64,000 bases of DNA. Origin: a virus. A program made the position numbers and the translations under genes. This document shows, piece by piece, positions 47,400 through 56,732 of this stretch. How positions within the stretch are numbered: the first letter of the stretch is position 1; every line of letters begins with the position of its first letter. The notes under the pieces were generated by a model. It did no database searches and was not told the origin of the DNA. It saw only the letters and a list, made by a program, of their open reading frames with translations. The stretch lies in IMG/VR virus record IMGVR_UViG_3300044695_003767, one strand, 5' to 3'.

Positions 47400-48031
47400 C
47401 AGTTAAACTTATTTCGGTAACTCCCGATGCAGAAAAAACAATGGCATTTATTGCACGAGTTAGCAATCCTGCGAATCAAGACAACGAAAACTATGCCAAG
47501 TTGCTTGCTTATTGCATTAAGCATAATCATTGGTCTGTTTTTGAACAGTCTTCTATGACTCTTGAGATTGAGACCAATCGTGGCATTGCGGCTCAGATTT
47601 TGCGTCATAGGTCCTTTACATATCAGGAATTTTCACAACGATATGCAGATACAAATCTGATCACCGAGAATATTCCTATTCCAGAACTTCGCAAGCAAGA
47701 TACCAAGAATCGTCAGAATTCTACGGATGATCTTGGTGACTATGTGAAGTTAAAGTTCCAATCAGAAATTGCTGAACTGTTTACCAATGCTAATAACCTC
47801 TACAAGAGGATGTTAGAAGCAGGTGTGGCAAAGGAGTGTGCAAGGTTTGTACTGCCCTTAGCGACTCCCACACGTATCTATATGACCGGTTCTTGCAGGT
47901 CATGGATACATTATATCAATCTCCGTTCGGCAAACGGAACTCAGAAAGAACATATGGACATTGCTCTGGAATGTAAGAAGGTATTCACCGAACAATTTCC
48001 AACGGTTGCAGAAGCTCTTGAGTGGATCTAA
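47396..48031 (+). CDS. thyX: flavin-dependent thymidylate synthase
   Basis: RHRSFTYQEFSQRY, HWSVFE, GVAKECAR, TQKEH. Confidence 0.96.
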   Translation: MTVKLISVTPDAEKTMAFIARVSNPANQDNENYAKLLAYCIKHNHWSVFEQSSMTLEIETNRGIAAQILRHRSFTYQEFSQRYADTNLITENIPIPELRKQDTKNRQNSTDDLGDYVKLKFQSEIAELFTNANNLYKRMLEAGVAKECARFVLPLATPTRIYMTGSCRSWIHYINLRSANGTQKEHMDIALECKKVFTEQFPTVAEALEWI

Positions 48032-48057
48032 ATAAATTATCTTGAATTCGTAACTTT

Positions 48058-48306
48058 ATGGCGACTTATCCTGTTATTAACAATATCACTGGTGAACAGA
48101 AAGAAGTGGAAATGAGTGTTCACGACTGGGATCAGTGGAAAAAAGACAATCCAGACTGGGCTCGCGACTGGTCTGATCCATCTACTTGCCCTTCTCCTGG
48201 AGAAGTTGGTGAGTGGAGAGATAAACTTGTAAATAAGCATCCTGGATGGAACGAAGTTCTTTCTAAGGCAAGTAAAGCACCAGGTTCCCGTGTAAAAAAA
48301 ATCTAA
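48058..48306 (+). CDS. hypothetical protein
   Basis: MATYPVIN..TGE...GWNEVL..ASKAPGS; late promoter at 48028. Confidence 0.75.
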   Translation: MATYPVINNITGEQKEVEMSVHDWDQWKKDNPDWARDWSDPSTCPSPGEVGEWRDKLVNKHPGWNEVLSKASKAPGSRVKKI

Positions 48307-49064
48307 TGGCAAGAAGAAAAAGAAGTAACGAGATCCAACCAATTGGAGTTGGTTTAACTGCAAAACAAATGAAGAGGAGAAAACCTCTCAGTGCTGAATA
48401 TTTGGTCGATATTGATCCACTGACAGAAAACCAAAAACGTCTATTTGAATCTTATGCCGAAGGCAAACATCTTGTTGCCTATGGGTGTGCTGGAACTGGT
48501 AAGACCTTTATTTCTCTTTATAATGCCCTACAGGATGTTCTAGATGAATCAACTCCTTATGAGAAAATTTATCTTGTTCGTTCTCTAGTAGCTACAAGAG
48601 AAATTGGTTTTCTTCCTGGAACACACGATGATAAGGCAGATATTTACCAGATTCCTTATAAGAATATGGTGAAGTATATGTTCCAACTTTCAAGTGATGC
48701 TGAATTTGAGATGCTTTATGGTAACTTAAAGTCACAGGAAACTATCAAGTTTTGGAGCACATCTTTCCTTCGTGGAACAACTCTTGATAATGCAATCATC
48801 ATTGTGGATGAGTTTCAGAATCTTAATTTCCACGAACTAGATTCTATTATTACTCGTGTAGGTGAGAATACAAAAATCTGTTTCTGTGGTGATGCTTCTC
48901 AATCAGACTTGCAGAAAACAAATGAGCGCAATGGTATTGTGGACTTTATGACAGTCTTGCGTAAAATGCCATCATTTGATATAATTGAATTTGGTGTAGA
49001 CGATATTGTTCGTTCTGGACTTGTTAAGGAGTACATTATTGCTAAAATGGATGCTGGTTTTTAA
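48306..49064 (+). CDS. phoH: PhoH-family ATPase
   Basis: GCAGTGKT, IGFLPG, SFLRGTT, IIVDEFQN, GDASQSDL. Confidence 0.95.
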   Translation: MARRKRSNEIQPIGVGLTAKQMKRRKPLSAEYLVDIDPLTENQKRLFESYAEGKHLVAYGCAGTGKTFISLYNALQDVLDESTPYEKIYLVRSLVATREIGFLPGTHDDKADIYQIPYKNMVKYMFQLSSDAEFEMLYGNLKSQETIKFWSTSFLRGTTLDNAIIIVDEFQNLNFHELDSIITRVGENTKICFCGDASQSDLQKTNERNGIVDFMTVLRKMPSFDIIEFGVDDIVRSGLVKEYIIAKMDAGF

Positions 49065-49744
49065 TGTTTAATCATATTGATATTGAACTCCCTCAGTTGG
49101 AGCGTGAAACCATTGATGGTGTAAGGTACTACAAAGTTCCTGATGAAGAAGAACTTATTCGACTGGTCTCCATCACTTCGGTGACCAGTCATTTTAATAA
49201 AGAAATCTTTGTTAACTGGCGTAAAAAAGTTGGTGAAGAGGAGGCAGATAAAATTACACGACAAGCAACAAGTCGTGGAACGGATATGCACTCTCTTACA
49301 GAGCATTACCTTAAAAATCAAAAACTACCAGAAGTTCAACCTTTATCCGATTTTCTGTTTAAGATTGCAAAAACAGAAATTAATCGTATAAATAATATCT
49401 ATGCCCTTGAAGGGTCCCTATATAGTAGGCAACTGGGTATTGCTGGGACAGTTGATTGTATTGCCGAATATAATGGCGAGTTATCAATAATCGACTTTAA
49501 GACTTCTAAAAAACCAAAACCACGTGAGTGGATCGAACATTATTTCGTTCAGGCAGCAGCATATGCTTGTATGTTTTATGAACTGACTGAAATCCCTGTG
49601 AAAAAACTTGTAATTTTAATGGCTTGTGAAAATGGAGAATGCGTCGTCTATGAAGAATATGATAAAGCAAAATACATCAAACTACTCAGCAAATACATTA
49701 GAAAGTTTGTTGGAGATAAACTGGAACTCTATGGAACCAAATAA
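49064..49744 (+). CDS. PD-(D/E)XK exonuclease
   Basis: SITSV, RGTDMH, AGTVDC...IIDFKTS, QAAAYA. Confidence 0.88.
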   Translation: MFNHIDIELPQLERETIDGVRYYKVPDEEELIRLVSITSVTSHFNKEIFVNWRKKVGEEEADKITRQATSRGTDMHSLTEHYLKNQKLPEVQPLSDFLFKIAKTEINRINNIYALEGSLYSRQLGIAGTVDCIAEYNGELSIIDFKTSKKPKPREWIEHYFVQAAAYACMFYELTEIPVKKLVILMACENGECVVYEEYDKAKYIKLLSKYIRKFVGDKLELYGTK

Positions 49745-49991
49745 AGAACTAGAACAGGCAATAGAAAATAAGTTTTTAACTCCTTCCAAGTTTGCTCTTG
49801 AGATTGAAAAGATTGTAGCAGAAGAAAATTTTAACTATATTGATGCAATTTGTCACTATTGCGAAATCAATTGTCTTGAGGTAGAATCTGTTACAAAACT
49901 CATTTCAAAACCTTTGAAAGAGAAATTAAAGTGGGACGCAACCCGTCTTAACTTTATGAAACGAACTTCGAGAGCAAAACTTCCGTTATGA
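49731..49991 (+). CDS. 33: late-transcription coactivator gp33
   Basis: NYIDAICHYCE...KLISKPLKEKL; T4 synteny with gp59/gp32. Confidence 0.85.
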   Translation: MEPNKELEQAIENKFLTPSKFALEIEKIVAEENFNYIDAICHYCEINCLEVESVTKLISKPLKEKLKWDATRLNFMKRTSRAKLPL

Positions 49992-50578
49992 GTCCCTTTG
50001 AGACGTATCAAACTTATCTTTCTATGAAAAGTCATTTTACTAACAGTAAATATGACTTTTTTAAGTATGGAGGCAAATCGAGAGCAACTGTCACTTCGTT
50101 CAATAAACGTAAAGACAAATACTGGTTTGAAAAAAGTTCAAGGAAATATTCAGATAAAGAAATAGTAGACTTTTTACTAGCAAATTTTGTATCTACAGAC
50201 AACCCACAAAACTTATGGATTGGAGAAATTATCAATTCTGGAGAAAGGACTTACGCAGATTGGATGCGGAGACAACAGAGTTTGACTTACTTGTTCAAAG
50301 AACAGTCAACGGAATTGTTCTCAGAGAACGAATTAGAAACTGTGTTCAATTGTTCCAAAGGTCACCCGATAGTTCTCAAAAGGTTTCTAAGCGGGAAATT
50401 ATCGCCAGAAACATTCGTAATCTACGACAAAATATTTTCAATCGTCAAAGATTTTGATAAAAAACTTCTGGATCCAGTGTGGGAAACCGTAAGTTTGAAA
50501 ATCAAGAAGTACAATCCATTTCTAAATATTGATGTATTCCAGTACAAGAAGATTTTAAGGGCAATCATAGATGAGTAA
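49988..50578 (+). CDS. 59: helicase loader gp59
   Basis: YLSMKSHF...YDFFKY.GK...FNKRKDKYWF; synteny. Confidence 0.88.
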   Translation: MSPFETYQTYLSMKSHFTNSKYDFFKYGGKSRATVTSFNKRKDKYWFEKSSRKYSDKEIVDFLLANFVSTDNPQNLWIGEIINSGERTYADWMRRQQSLTYLFKEQSTELFSENELETVFNCSKGHPIVLKRFLSGKLSPETFVIYDKIFSIVKDFDKKLLDPVWETVSLKIKKYNPFLNIDVFQYKKILRAIIDE

Positions 50579-50903
50579 CTTTTTTGACTCCGATATTATT
50601 CAAGACGAACTGAAAGAAATCAATAAGTTACAAGAGGAGATTTACGGAAGTATTCTCACTTTTGGTATGATGACCCGTGAAGATAAACTGGAACATATTG
50701 AAAAACTACAAGTACTCCTTGAAAAGCAACGTGTAATGTACACACGTTTGTCTCTTTCCGATGACCCAGAAGCGGTTGAAATGAAAGAGAATCTTCGTAA
50801 ATCAGTTGCTTTGATGGGTTTCCCACCAGAGACTGATATGAGTATCTTGTTTAAGAGTATGGACAAAACAATCGAATCTTTAAAGCAGTTTGTTGACCGA
50901 TGA
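50571..50903 (+). CDS. conserved cyanophage hypothetical protein (DUF1825-like)
   Basis: FFDSDII...EKQRVMYTRLSLSDDPEA. Confidence 0.75.
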   Translation: MSNFFDSDIIQDELKEINKLQEEIYGSILTFGMMTREDKLEHIEKLQVLLEKQRVMYTRLSLSDDPEAVEMKENLRKSVALMGFPPETDMSILFKSMDKTIESLKQFVDR

Positions 50904-50921
50904 GGTCATTCCTGCTATAAT
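50893..50921 (+). promoter_or_regulatory. gp32 sigma70 promoter
   Basis: TTGACC, 17 bp, TGnTATAAT (50916-50921). Confidence 0.85.
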
Positions 50922-50964
50922 ATCCGAGTAATCCCCCGAATCCAATTAATCCGAGGTAATCCAA

Positions 50965-51888
50965 ATGTCTTTTGCTGACCTTAAGAAGCAATCTAAACTT
51001 GGCAATCTTACTGCCAAATTGGTTAAAGAAGTTGAAAAAATGAATACAAGCAGCGGTTCTTCTGATGACCGTCTGTGGAAACTGGATGTAGATAAGAGTG
51101 GCAATGGTTATGCCGTCATCCGTTTCCTCCCTGCTCCGAACGGTGAGGACCTTCCGTTCGTGAAACTCTACAGTCACGCATTCCAAGGTCCTGGTGGTTG
51201 GTATATTGAGAATTCTCTGACTACTCTCAATCAGAAAGATCCCGTGTCGGAACTGAACTCTGAACTGTGGAACAATGGTACTGATGCTGGCAAAGAACTG
51301 GCACGTAAGCAAAAACGTAAACTGACTTACGTTTCCAACATCTACGTTGTGAAGGATCCTGCTAACCCTTCCAACGAAGGTAAGGTCTTCCTGTACAAGT
51401 TTGGTAAGAAGATCTTCGACAAACTGACTGCTGCGATGCAACCTGAGTTTGAAGATGAAGAAGCAATCGATCCGTTTGACTTCTGGCAAGGTGCCAACTT
51501 TAAACTGAAGGCAAAGAACGTTGCTGGTTATCGCAACTATGATTCCAGTGAGTTTGCCGCACAAGGTGCTCTGCTGGACGATGATGATGCAATGGAAGCA
51601 ATCTGGAAGAAGCAATATTCTCTTGCTGAACTGGTTGCTGCTGATCAGTTCAAGTCTTATGATGAACTGAAGAAGCGTCTTGACTATGTGCTGGGTTCCA
51701 AAGGTTCCCGCCGTGTGGATGAAGAAGTTGCTGAAGAGGAAGAGTATTCCCGTGGTCCTGCGAAAGAATTGACTGAAGATCTTCGCAGTGAACTCAACAA
51801 TCTTCAACCCACCCGTCGTGCTGTTGCGGTTGAAGAAGATGAGGATGATGATGCCCTGTCCTACTTTGCCCGTCTTGCCGAAGAGTGA
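50965..51888 (+). CDS. 32: single-stranded DNA-binding protein gp32
   Basis: GNGYAVIRFLP, YKFGKKIFDK, FWQGANFKLK, acidic tail YFARLAEE. Confidence 0.96.
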   Translation: MSFADLKKQSKLGNLTAKLVKEVEKMNTSSGSSDDRLWKLDVDKSGNGYAVIRFLPAPNGEDLPFVKLYSHAFQGPGGWYIENSLTTLNQKDPVSELNSELWNNGTDAGKELARKQKRKLTYVSNIYVVKDPANPSNEGKVFLYKFGKKIFDKLTAAMQPEFEDEEAIDPFDFWQGANFKLKAKNVAGYRNYDSSEFAAQGALLDDDDAMEAIWKKQYSLAELVAADQFKSYDELKKRLDYVLGSKGSRRVDEEVAEEEEYSRGPAKELTEDLRSELNNLQPTRRAVAVEEDEDDDALSYFARLAEE

Positions 51889-52502
51889 AGTCAGATTACA
51901 CTATTAACCGTGTAAATAAGTCCGAAGCCGCAGAGTTACTTCTGCGGTTTCATTATCTTAAGGACTTTTCAAAAGGTTTTAAATCTGGGTATAACTACGG
52001 TCTTTATAAAAATAATGACTTCTGCCCATTGAATATTGGTGGTATTCAGGGAGTCTGTGTGTTTACAGGACTCCCTGTTCCTGAAATTGCTCAAGGTGCT
52101 TTTGGATTAGAAAGAAATGAACAACAAGGACTTTTTGAACTTTCCAGATTATGCATCCACCCAGACACACAATCTGGCGAACATAATATCACTTCTTGGT
52201 TTGTTTCAAGATCGATTAGACAGTTACGGAAGGATACTGAAGTTAAAGCAATCATCTCTTACGCTGATAGTGATTTCCATAATGGTACAATCTATCGTGC
52301 TTGTAACTTTAAATATTGCGGACTCACAGACCCAAAGAAAGATTTCTACTATGCAGACGGAACTAAACACTCTAGAGGCAAAATTAAAGGTGCTGCAGGA
52401 GAATGGAAAGAACGCTCCCGCAAGCACCGATATGTGATGATGTTTGATAAGAGTTTAGAACTCTTATGGCATAGTGATCCTGGTATTTTCAGTTCGGATT
52501 AA
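51885..52502 (+). CDS. Mom-like DNA (adenine) modification enzyme, GNAT fold
   Basis: HYL, FELSRLCI, SWFVSR, IISYADS..H.GTIYRACNF. Confidence 0.75.
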   Translation: MKSDYTINRVNKSEAAELLLRFHYLKDFSKGFKSGYNYGLYKNNDFCPLNIGGIQGVCVFTGLPVPEIAQGAFGLERNEQQGLFELSRLCIHPDTQSGEHNITSWFVSRSIRQLRKDTEVKAIISYADSDFHNGTIYRACNFKYCGLTDPKKDFYYADGTKHSRGKIKGAAGEWKERSRKHRYVMMFDKSLELLWHSDPGIFSSD

Positions 52503-53153
52503 AGATTCATCAACATATTGAGAAGAACGATCATAAATCATAATTTCTCTCATATCATTCAAGAATTGTTGTAGATATGATGGTTTAAGCAAATAAATTG
52601 AAGATTTTTCATCATTTTTTATAGATTCATATTCATAATTGCTTACACCAATAATTGGATTTGGTATTTTTATAACATTTGCACCTAAAATCGTACTATC
52701 ATTTGTATAGTATTCATTATTATAATAATACTGAATCTTAAAATCTAGAGGAACAACTTTTTTTGCTGGCAAAATTAATTTTCCATCTGGATCTTTTACC
52801 TCAACAGTTTCATAGTGGTGGATATCATTGAGTGCAGTTCCATACAGATTTTCTGCATACTTATAAAGTTGATAATTAGACAAAGGCCATTCATTACGAA
52901 CATTAATAATACCAGCAGTCATCAAAACTACCCAATCGAGTTCTGCATCCCCATAAAATTCTTCTGCAACAGTATCTGGTCTTGCACCGTCAACAATTTC
53001 ATATTTGTTAAAGATAGTAAAAACACCTTTTAAGTCGTCACGTAATTTATTTCTTCTGAATAAATTTTTAACCCTCAAATAACTTTGCGATGAAGTTTTA
53101 TCAGAAAGAAAGGATTGATAATCTAATTCTGGAAGTTCTCTAAAGTATCCCAT
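52464..53153 (-). CDS. 53: baseplate wedge gp53
   Basis: YFRELP, RPDTVA..YGD..LDWVVL..I.N...WP, IHHYET. Confidence 0.88.
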   Translation of the reverse strand: MGYFRELPELDYQSFLSDKTSSQSYLRVKNLFRRNKLRDDLKGVFTIFNKYEIVDGARPDTVAEEFYGDAELDWVVLMTAGIINVRNEWPLSNYQLYKYAENLYGTALNDIHHYETVEVKDPDGKLILPAKKVVPLDFKIQYYYNNEYYTNDSTILGANVIKIPNPIIGVSNYEYESIKNDEKSSIYLLKPSYLQQFLNDMREIMIYDRSSQYVDESLIRTENTRITMP

Positions 53154-53154
53154 T

Positions 53155-53994
53155 TTAGAATCCTACTCCATTTGCTGCCGAAGTATAGTCTCTATCATAA
53201 ATTGGTTCAATTTCCTTAAATCCTAAGTCCATATTGTAAGATATTGGGGATCCATCACTATATGTTGCATAAACACCCTCACCAGTATAATTGACAGACA
53301 TATCTGTTAAGAATGTTTGTTTAAACAAATGTAGATATGGGTGAATCTCATTTCCTTTTTTATAGGTTAATTGGAAAATATCTGGTGTTTTTAAAAATTT
53401 TTCAGAGGTTCCTGTTTTTGGTGCCATTGATTTTTTCAACGTATTTATTATTTCTCTAATATTCTTTGCTTCATCTGGATCTCTAGGAGTCATCTTAAAA
53501 GAAAATTTAAAAGATCTCAAAGTGACACCATTGAAGAGAAGTTCCATATTTGGGTTTATAATCTGTCCATCTTCTCTTGCAACAATTTGACCAAGACTTA
53601 GGTTTCCACCAAAAGGAATATTTGCTGCTTGTGCTGCTATAGATTGACCATATCTTTTTGCAACTTCTGGATCTGTAAACACATTAGTCAAGTTTGATAG
53701 TGTTTTACTAAGTTCTTCCCCTGCAGAAACACTATTGGGTCCATTACCTATATCGGGACTGATAGCATTATAGACTCCAGCAGTAAAACCATCTAAACTA
53801 TCATCAGAATAGGAGACACTATTACCATCCTGAATATTTGATGGTATGGGAAGTATGATCGTACCTATAATATTCTTTGCAACACTTTGAGCATTCCCAG
53901 TAATAGTTCCTTTCGGACGACTATAATCCAGAATTTGAATCTGCAAATAATCTGTAGTTCCTGATATAATTTCTGCAGGATATCTAAGTGCCAT
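53155..53994 (-). CDS. 48: baseplate tail-tube cap gp48
   Basis: LRYP, LPIP, NPNMELLF.G..LRSFKF.FKMTPR. Confidence 0.85.
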   Translation of the reverse strand: MALRYPAEIISGTTDYLQIQILDYSRPKGTITGNAQSVAKNIIGTIILPIPSNIQDGNSVSYSDDSLDGFTAGVYNAISPDIGNGPNSVSAGEELSKTLSNLTNVFTDPEVAKRYGQSIAAQAANIPFGGNLSLGQIVAREDGQIINPNMELLFNGVTLRSFKFSFKMTPRDPDEAKNIREIINTLKKSMAPKTGTSEKFLKTPDIFQLTYKKGNEIHPYLHLFKQTFLTDMSVNYTGEGVYATYSDGSPISYNMDLGFKEIEPIYDRDYTSAANGVGF

Positions 53995-54008
53995 TTATCC
54001 TTTTCTAA

Positions 54009-54419
54009 CTATTTAGAAGGATTTTCCGAAAGATCTGCATATGGAAGTCTCTGTATATCCGTTAATTCTTCTTTTTGAACTTCATAAAGATCTCCGACTA
54101 TTTCTTCCCAAGTATATTGTCGAGATTCTCCCCAATGAAAATTAATTCCTGTAAATCCCCAATTAAAAACTTTGGTGACACCAACTAATGGATACATATC
54201 ATAACTTAAACCAGGTGTTTTAGCGATGTAAGTAAATGTATAAATGCTGTTTGGTTGTACCTGAACTTTTTTAATAACTGGTAAAATATTTTTAATTTCA
54301 TTCATTAAATTATCTGGTTTTTCAATACCAATTAAACTATCAACCAATTCACGGAGTTGATTAGTCTTATCATCGGTTGGATTTTGCTCTCTTCTTTCTT
54401 TAAGAGTTTTTCTTGGCAT
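54009..54419 (-). CDS. gp2-like DNA end protector
   Basis: YTF.Y.AKTP...YD.YPLV...GFTGINFHW; adjacent to gp4. Confidence 0.6.
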   Translation of the reverse strand: MPRKTLKERREQNPTDDKTNQLRELVDSLIGIEKPDNLMNEIKNILPVIKKVQVQPNSIYTFTYIAKTPGLSYDMYPLVGVTKVFNWGFTGINFHWGESRQYTWEEIVGDLYEVQKEELTDIQRLPYADLSENPSK

Positions 54420-54856
54420 TACTTAATACCTAATTCGTTTTCTGTTAGGATTTTAAATTCATAACCACGATCAAGACACCATTCTTTTGCTGCTTTCCAT
54501 TTTGCCTGATTTTTAGCATATTCAACCACTTCGTAGATGTAACCCTTAGTTTTTCTTTTTGGAACTTTTGGCTCTATTGTTTGTCTTTGTGGTTTGATCT
54601 CAATAATATATTTTTTAACTTGACCAGTAGATTCCTTTACTTTGATATAAAAGTCTGGAAAATATCTGTGAATGCGATTATCTACTGGTGAACGGTAGGG
54701 TAATGCTAATTCTTCACTTCCCCATTCAATGATATTTTCATTGAGATCACAATAGACCATAAACTTTCTTTCCCACAATGATCTATAAATGATGTTTGTT
54801 GGGTCACCTTTGTATTTTTTAGGATAAGAAGGTTGGAATCTTCCTTTATATGACAT
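54419..54856 (-). CDS. 4: head completion nuclease gp4
   Basis: KYKGDP..IIYRSLWE, HRYFPDF, EIKP, NQAKWKAA. Confidence 0.93.
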   Translation of the reverse strand: MSYKGRFQPSYPKKYKGDPTNIIYRSLWERKFMVYCDLNENIIEWGSEELALPYRSPVDNRIHRYFPDFYIKVKESTGQVKKYIIEIKPQRQTIEPKVPKRKTKGYIYEVVEYAKNQAKWKAAKEWCLDRGYEFKILTENELGIK

Positions 54857-54897
54857 CTAAATACTTAATAATATAAGTCTCGTATAAGGTATTTAGA
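54856..54897. promoter_or_regulatory. face-to-face late promoters
   Basis: CTAAATA (+, 54857-54863) and TATTTAG (-, 54890-54896) form the inverted repeat tctaaatac/gtatttaga between divergent genes. Confidence 0.85.
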
Positions 54898-55797
54898 GTG
54901 GCAAATTCTCTTGTCCAGAAACTTACAATGTCCGAGATGAAAGAACGGATAGGTAATCTCGCTCAAACTAATTATTACTATGTTGAACTTGGTATATCTA
55001 ACGAATTACAAAATCATTTCAAGACCAGTTATGGTGGCGAACTAACTGATATTGGTAGATTCGTGAATAGATTGGGTTATTTGTGCTCAGAAGCTTCTCT
55101 ACCAACAACTTCATATGCAACCGCAGAAGTTAAAGATAATTTTATGGGAGTAACGCAAGAATTTGCTCATACTAGATTATATACTGATATTGATTTAACT
55201 TTTTATGTGGATGCTGAATATAATGTTTTAAGATTTTTTGAGGGGTGGATGGATTATATTGCTGGTGGAAATAAACCAAAAGAAGAACCTGCTGCTTCTT
55301 CTTATCCCAGTGGTCTTAGTGGAAGCATTTATAGAAGATTTAATTATCCAAAATTTTACAAAATGAATACAATGAAAATTTATAAATTTGAGAGAGATTA
55401 TAAAAAACAATTAGAATATACTTTTATAAATGCATTTCCAAAGTCACTTTCAACTGTTGCAGTTTCTTATGGTCCAGCAGATATATTAAAAGCCACAGTT
55501 ACCTTTAATTTTGATAGATATCTTGTTCAAAGATCTGATATGTATCAAGAACCTGAAGATACTAGTAAAATTCAAAATCCAACTTCAGGAAATTCTGCAT
55601 CAAATGCAGGTTTACCAGCAGATCCAAAACTACAACTTCAATTGAGTCAGTCTTCTGGATCAAGAAGTAGTTTGAGACAAGATATTTTTGAAATACAACA
55701 ATCAACATTAGCTTCAATTTTAAGGCAGCAGGGATATAATGCAGTATCTGGAGGTCCGACAGGAGTAACTGTAAACGGCCTTCCATTATATCAATAA
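54898..55797 (+). CDS. tail tube / tube-initiator protein (gp19/gp54-like)
   Basis: LCSEASLP, LTFYVD...FFEGWMDYI, YTFINAFP. Confidence 0.75.
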   Translation: MANSLVQKLTMSEMKERIGNLAQTNYYYVELGISNELQNHFKTSYGGELTDIGRFVNRLGYLCSEASLPTTSYATAEVKDNFMGVTQEFAHTRLYTDIDLTFYVDAEYNVLRFFEGWMDYIAGGNKPKEEPAASSYPSGLSGSIYRRFNYPKFYKMNTMKIYKFERDYKKQLEYTFINAFPKSLSTVAVSYGPADILKATVTFNFDRYLVQRSDMYQEPEDTSKIQNPTSGNSASNAGLPADPKLQLQLSQSSGSRSSLRQDIFEIQQSTLASILRQQGYNAVSGGPTGVTVNGLPLYQ

Positions 55798-55827
55798 ATA
55801 ATTAAAACTGAATTGTATTAAGGGATT

Positions 55828-56550
55828 ATGCCTTTACCAAAAATTAATACTCCAGCTTATGAGTTGGAACTACCTTCGACTGGTAAAAAAATTAAATATC
55901 GTCCTTTCCTAGTCCGAGAAGAAAAAATCTTACTGATGGCACTAGAATCTGAAGATATGAAGCAGATTACTGATGCAGTAGTTCAAATTTTATCAGATTG
56001 TCTACTTACAAAAACAGTTAAGGTTTCAGACCTTTCTACATTTGATATTGAATATTTGTTCTTAAATGTTCGTTCCAGATCAGTTGGAGAAACTGTTGAA
56101 GTAAATGTTACTTGTCCTGATGATGGTGAAACTCAGGTCACGATGGAAATTGATTTAGATACAATTAAAGTTCAAAAAAATAAAGACCATAATAGCATTA
56201 TTAAATTAGATGATAATCTTTCAATGAAACTCAAGTATCCATCTCTTGAGCAATTTATTGATAATAACTTTGAGACTAGTGAAGATATGAGCAACGTCGA
56301 TAAGTCTCTTGAGTTAGTAACTTCTTGTATTGATATTATCTATGATTCTGAAGAAAGTTGGCGTGCTGCAGATTGCACAAAGAAAGAACTTGAAGAATTT
56401 CTTGAGCAATTGAATACAAAGCAGTTTAAAGAAATTGAAACTTTCTTTACGACAATGCCAAAATTGAGTCATACAATTAAGGTTAAGAATCCAAATACAA
56501 AAGTCGAATCTGAGGTTGTCCTGGAGGGCCTAGCAAGTTTTTTCAGTTGA
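55828..56550 (+). CDS. 26: baseplate hub subunit gp26
   Basis: MPLPKI..P.YEL.LPSTGK.IKYRPFLVREEKIL, LEGLASFF. Confidence 0.9.
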   Translation: MPLPKINTPAYELELPSTGKKIKYRPFLVREEKILLMALESEDMKQITDAVVQILSDCLLTKTVKVSDLSTFDIEYLFLNVRSRSVGETVEVNVTCPDDGETQVTMEIDLDTIKVQKNKDHNSIIKLDDNLSMKLKYPSLEQFIDNNFETSEDMSNVDKSLELVTSCIDIIYDSEESWRAADCTKKELEEFLEQLNTKQFKEIETFFTTMPKLSHTIKVKNPNTKVESEVVLEGLASFFS

Positions 56551-56552
56551 GT

Positions 56553-56732
56553 ATGGCTCATACTAATCTTGAGTCATACTACAAGATTAATTTTGCTTTG
56601 ATGCAGCACCATAAATATTCACTAACAGAGCTTGAAAATATGATTCCCTGGGAAAGGGATATTTATATTGCTTTATTAGAACAATTTATTGAAGCAGAAA
56701 ATCTAAAGGCACAACAACGTAGTGGAATTTAA
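56553..56732 (+). CDS. 51: baseplate hub assembly protein gp51-like
   Basis: YYKINFALMQHHKYSLTELENMIPWERDIY. Confidence 0.85.
   Translation: MAHTNLESYYKINFALMQHHKYSLTELENMIPWERDIYIALLEQFIEAENLKAQQRSGI

Noticed and set aside
50851-51807. 318-aa minus-strand ORF
   Set aside because: Antisense shadow of gp32 caused by codon bias; no recognisable motifs
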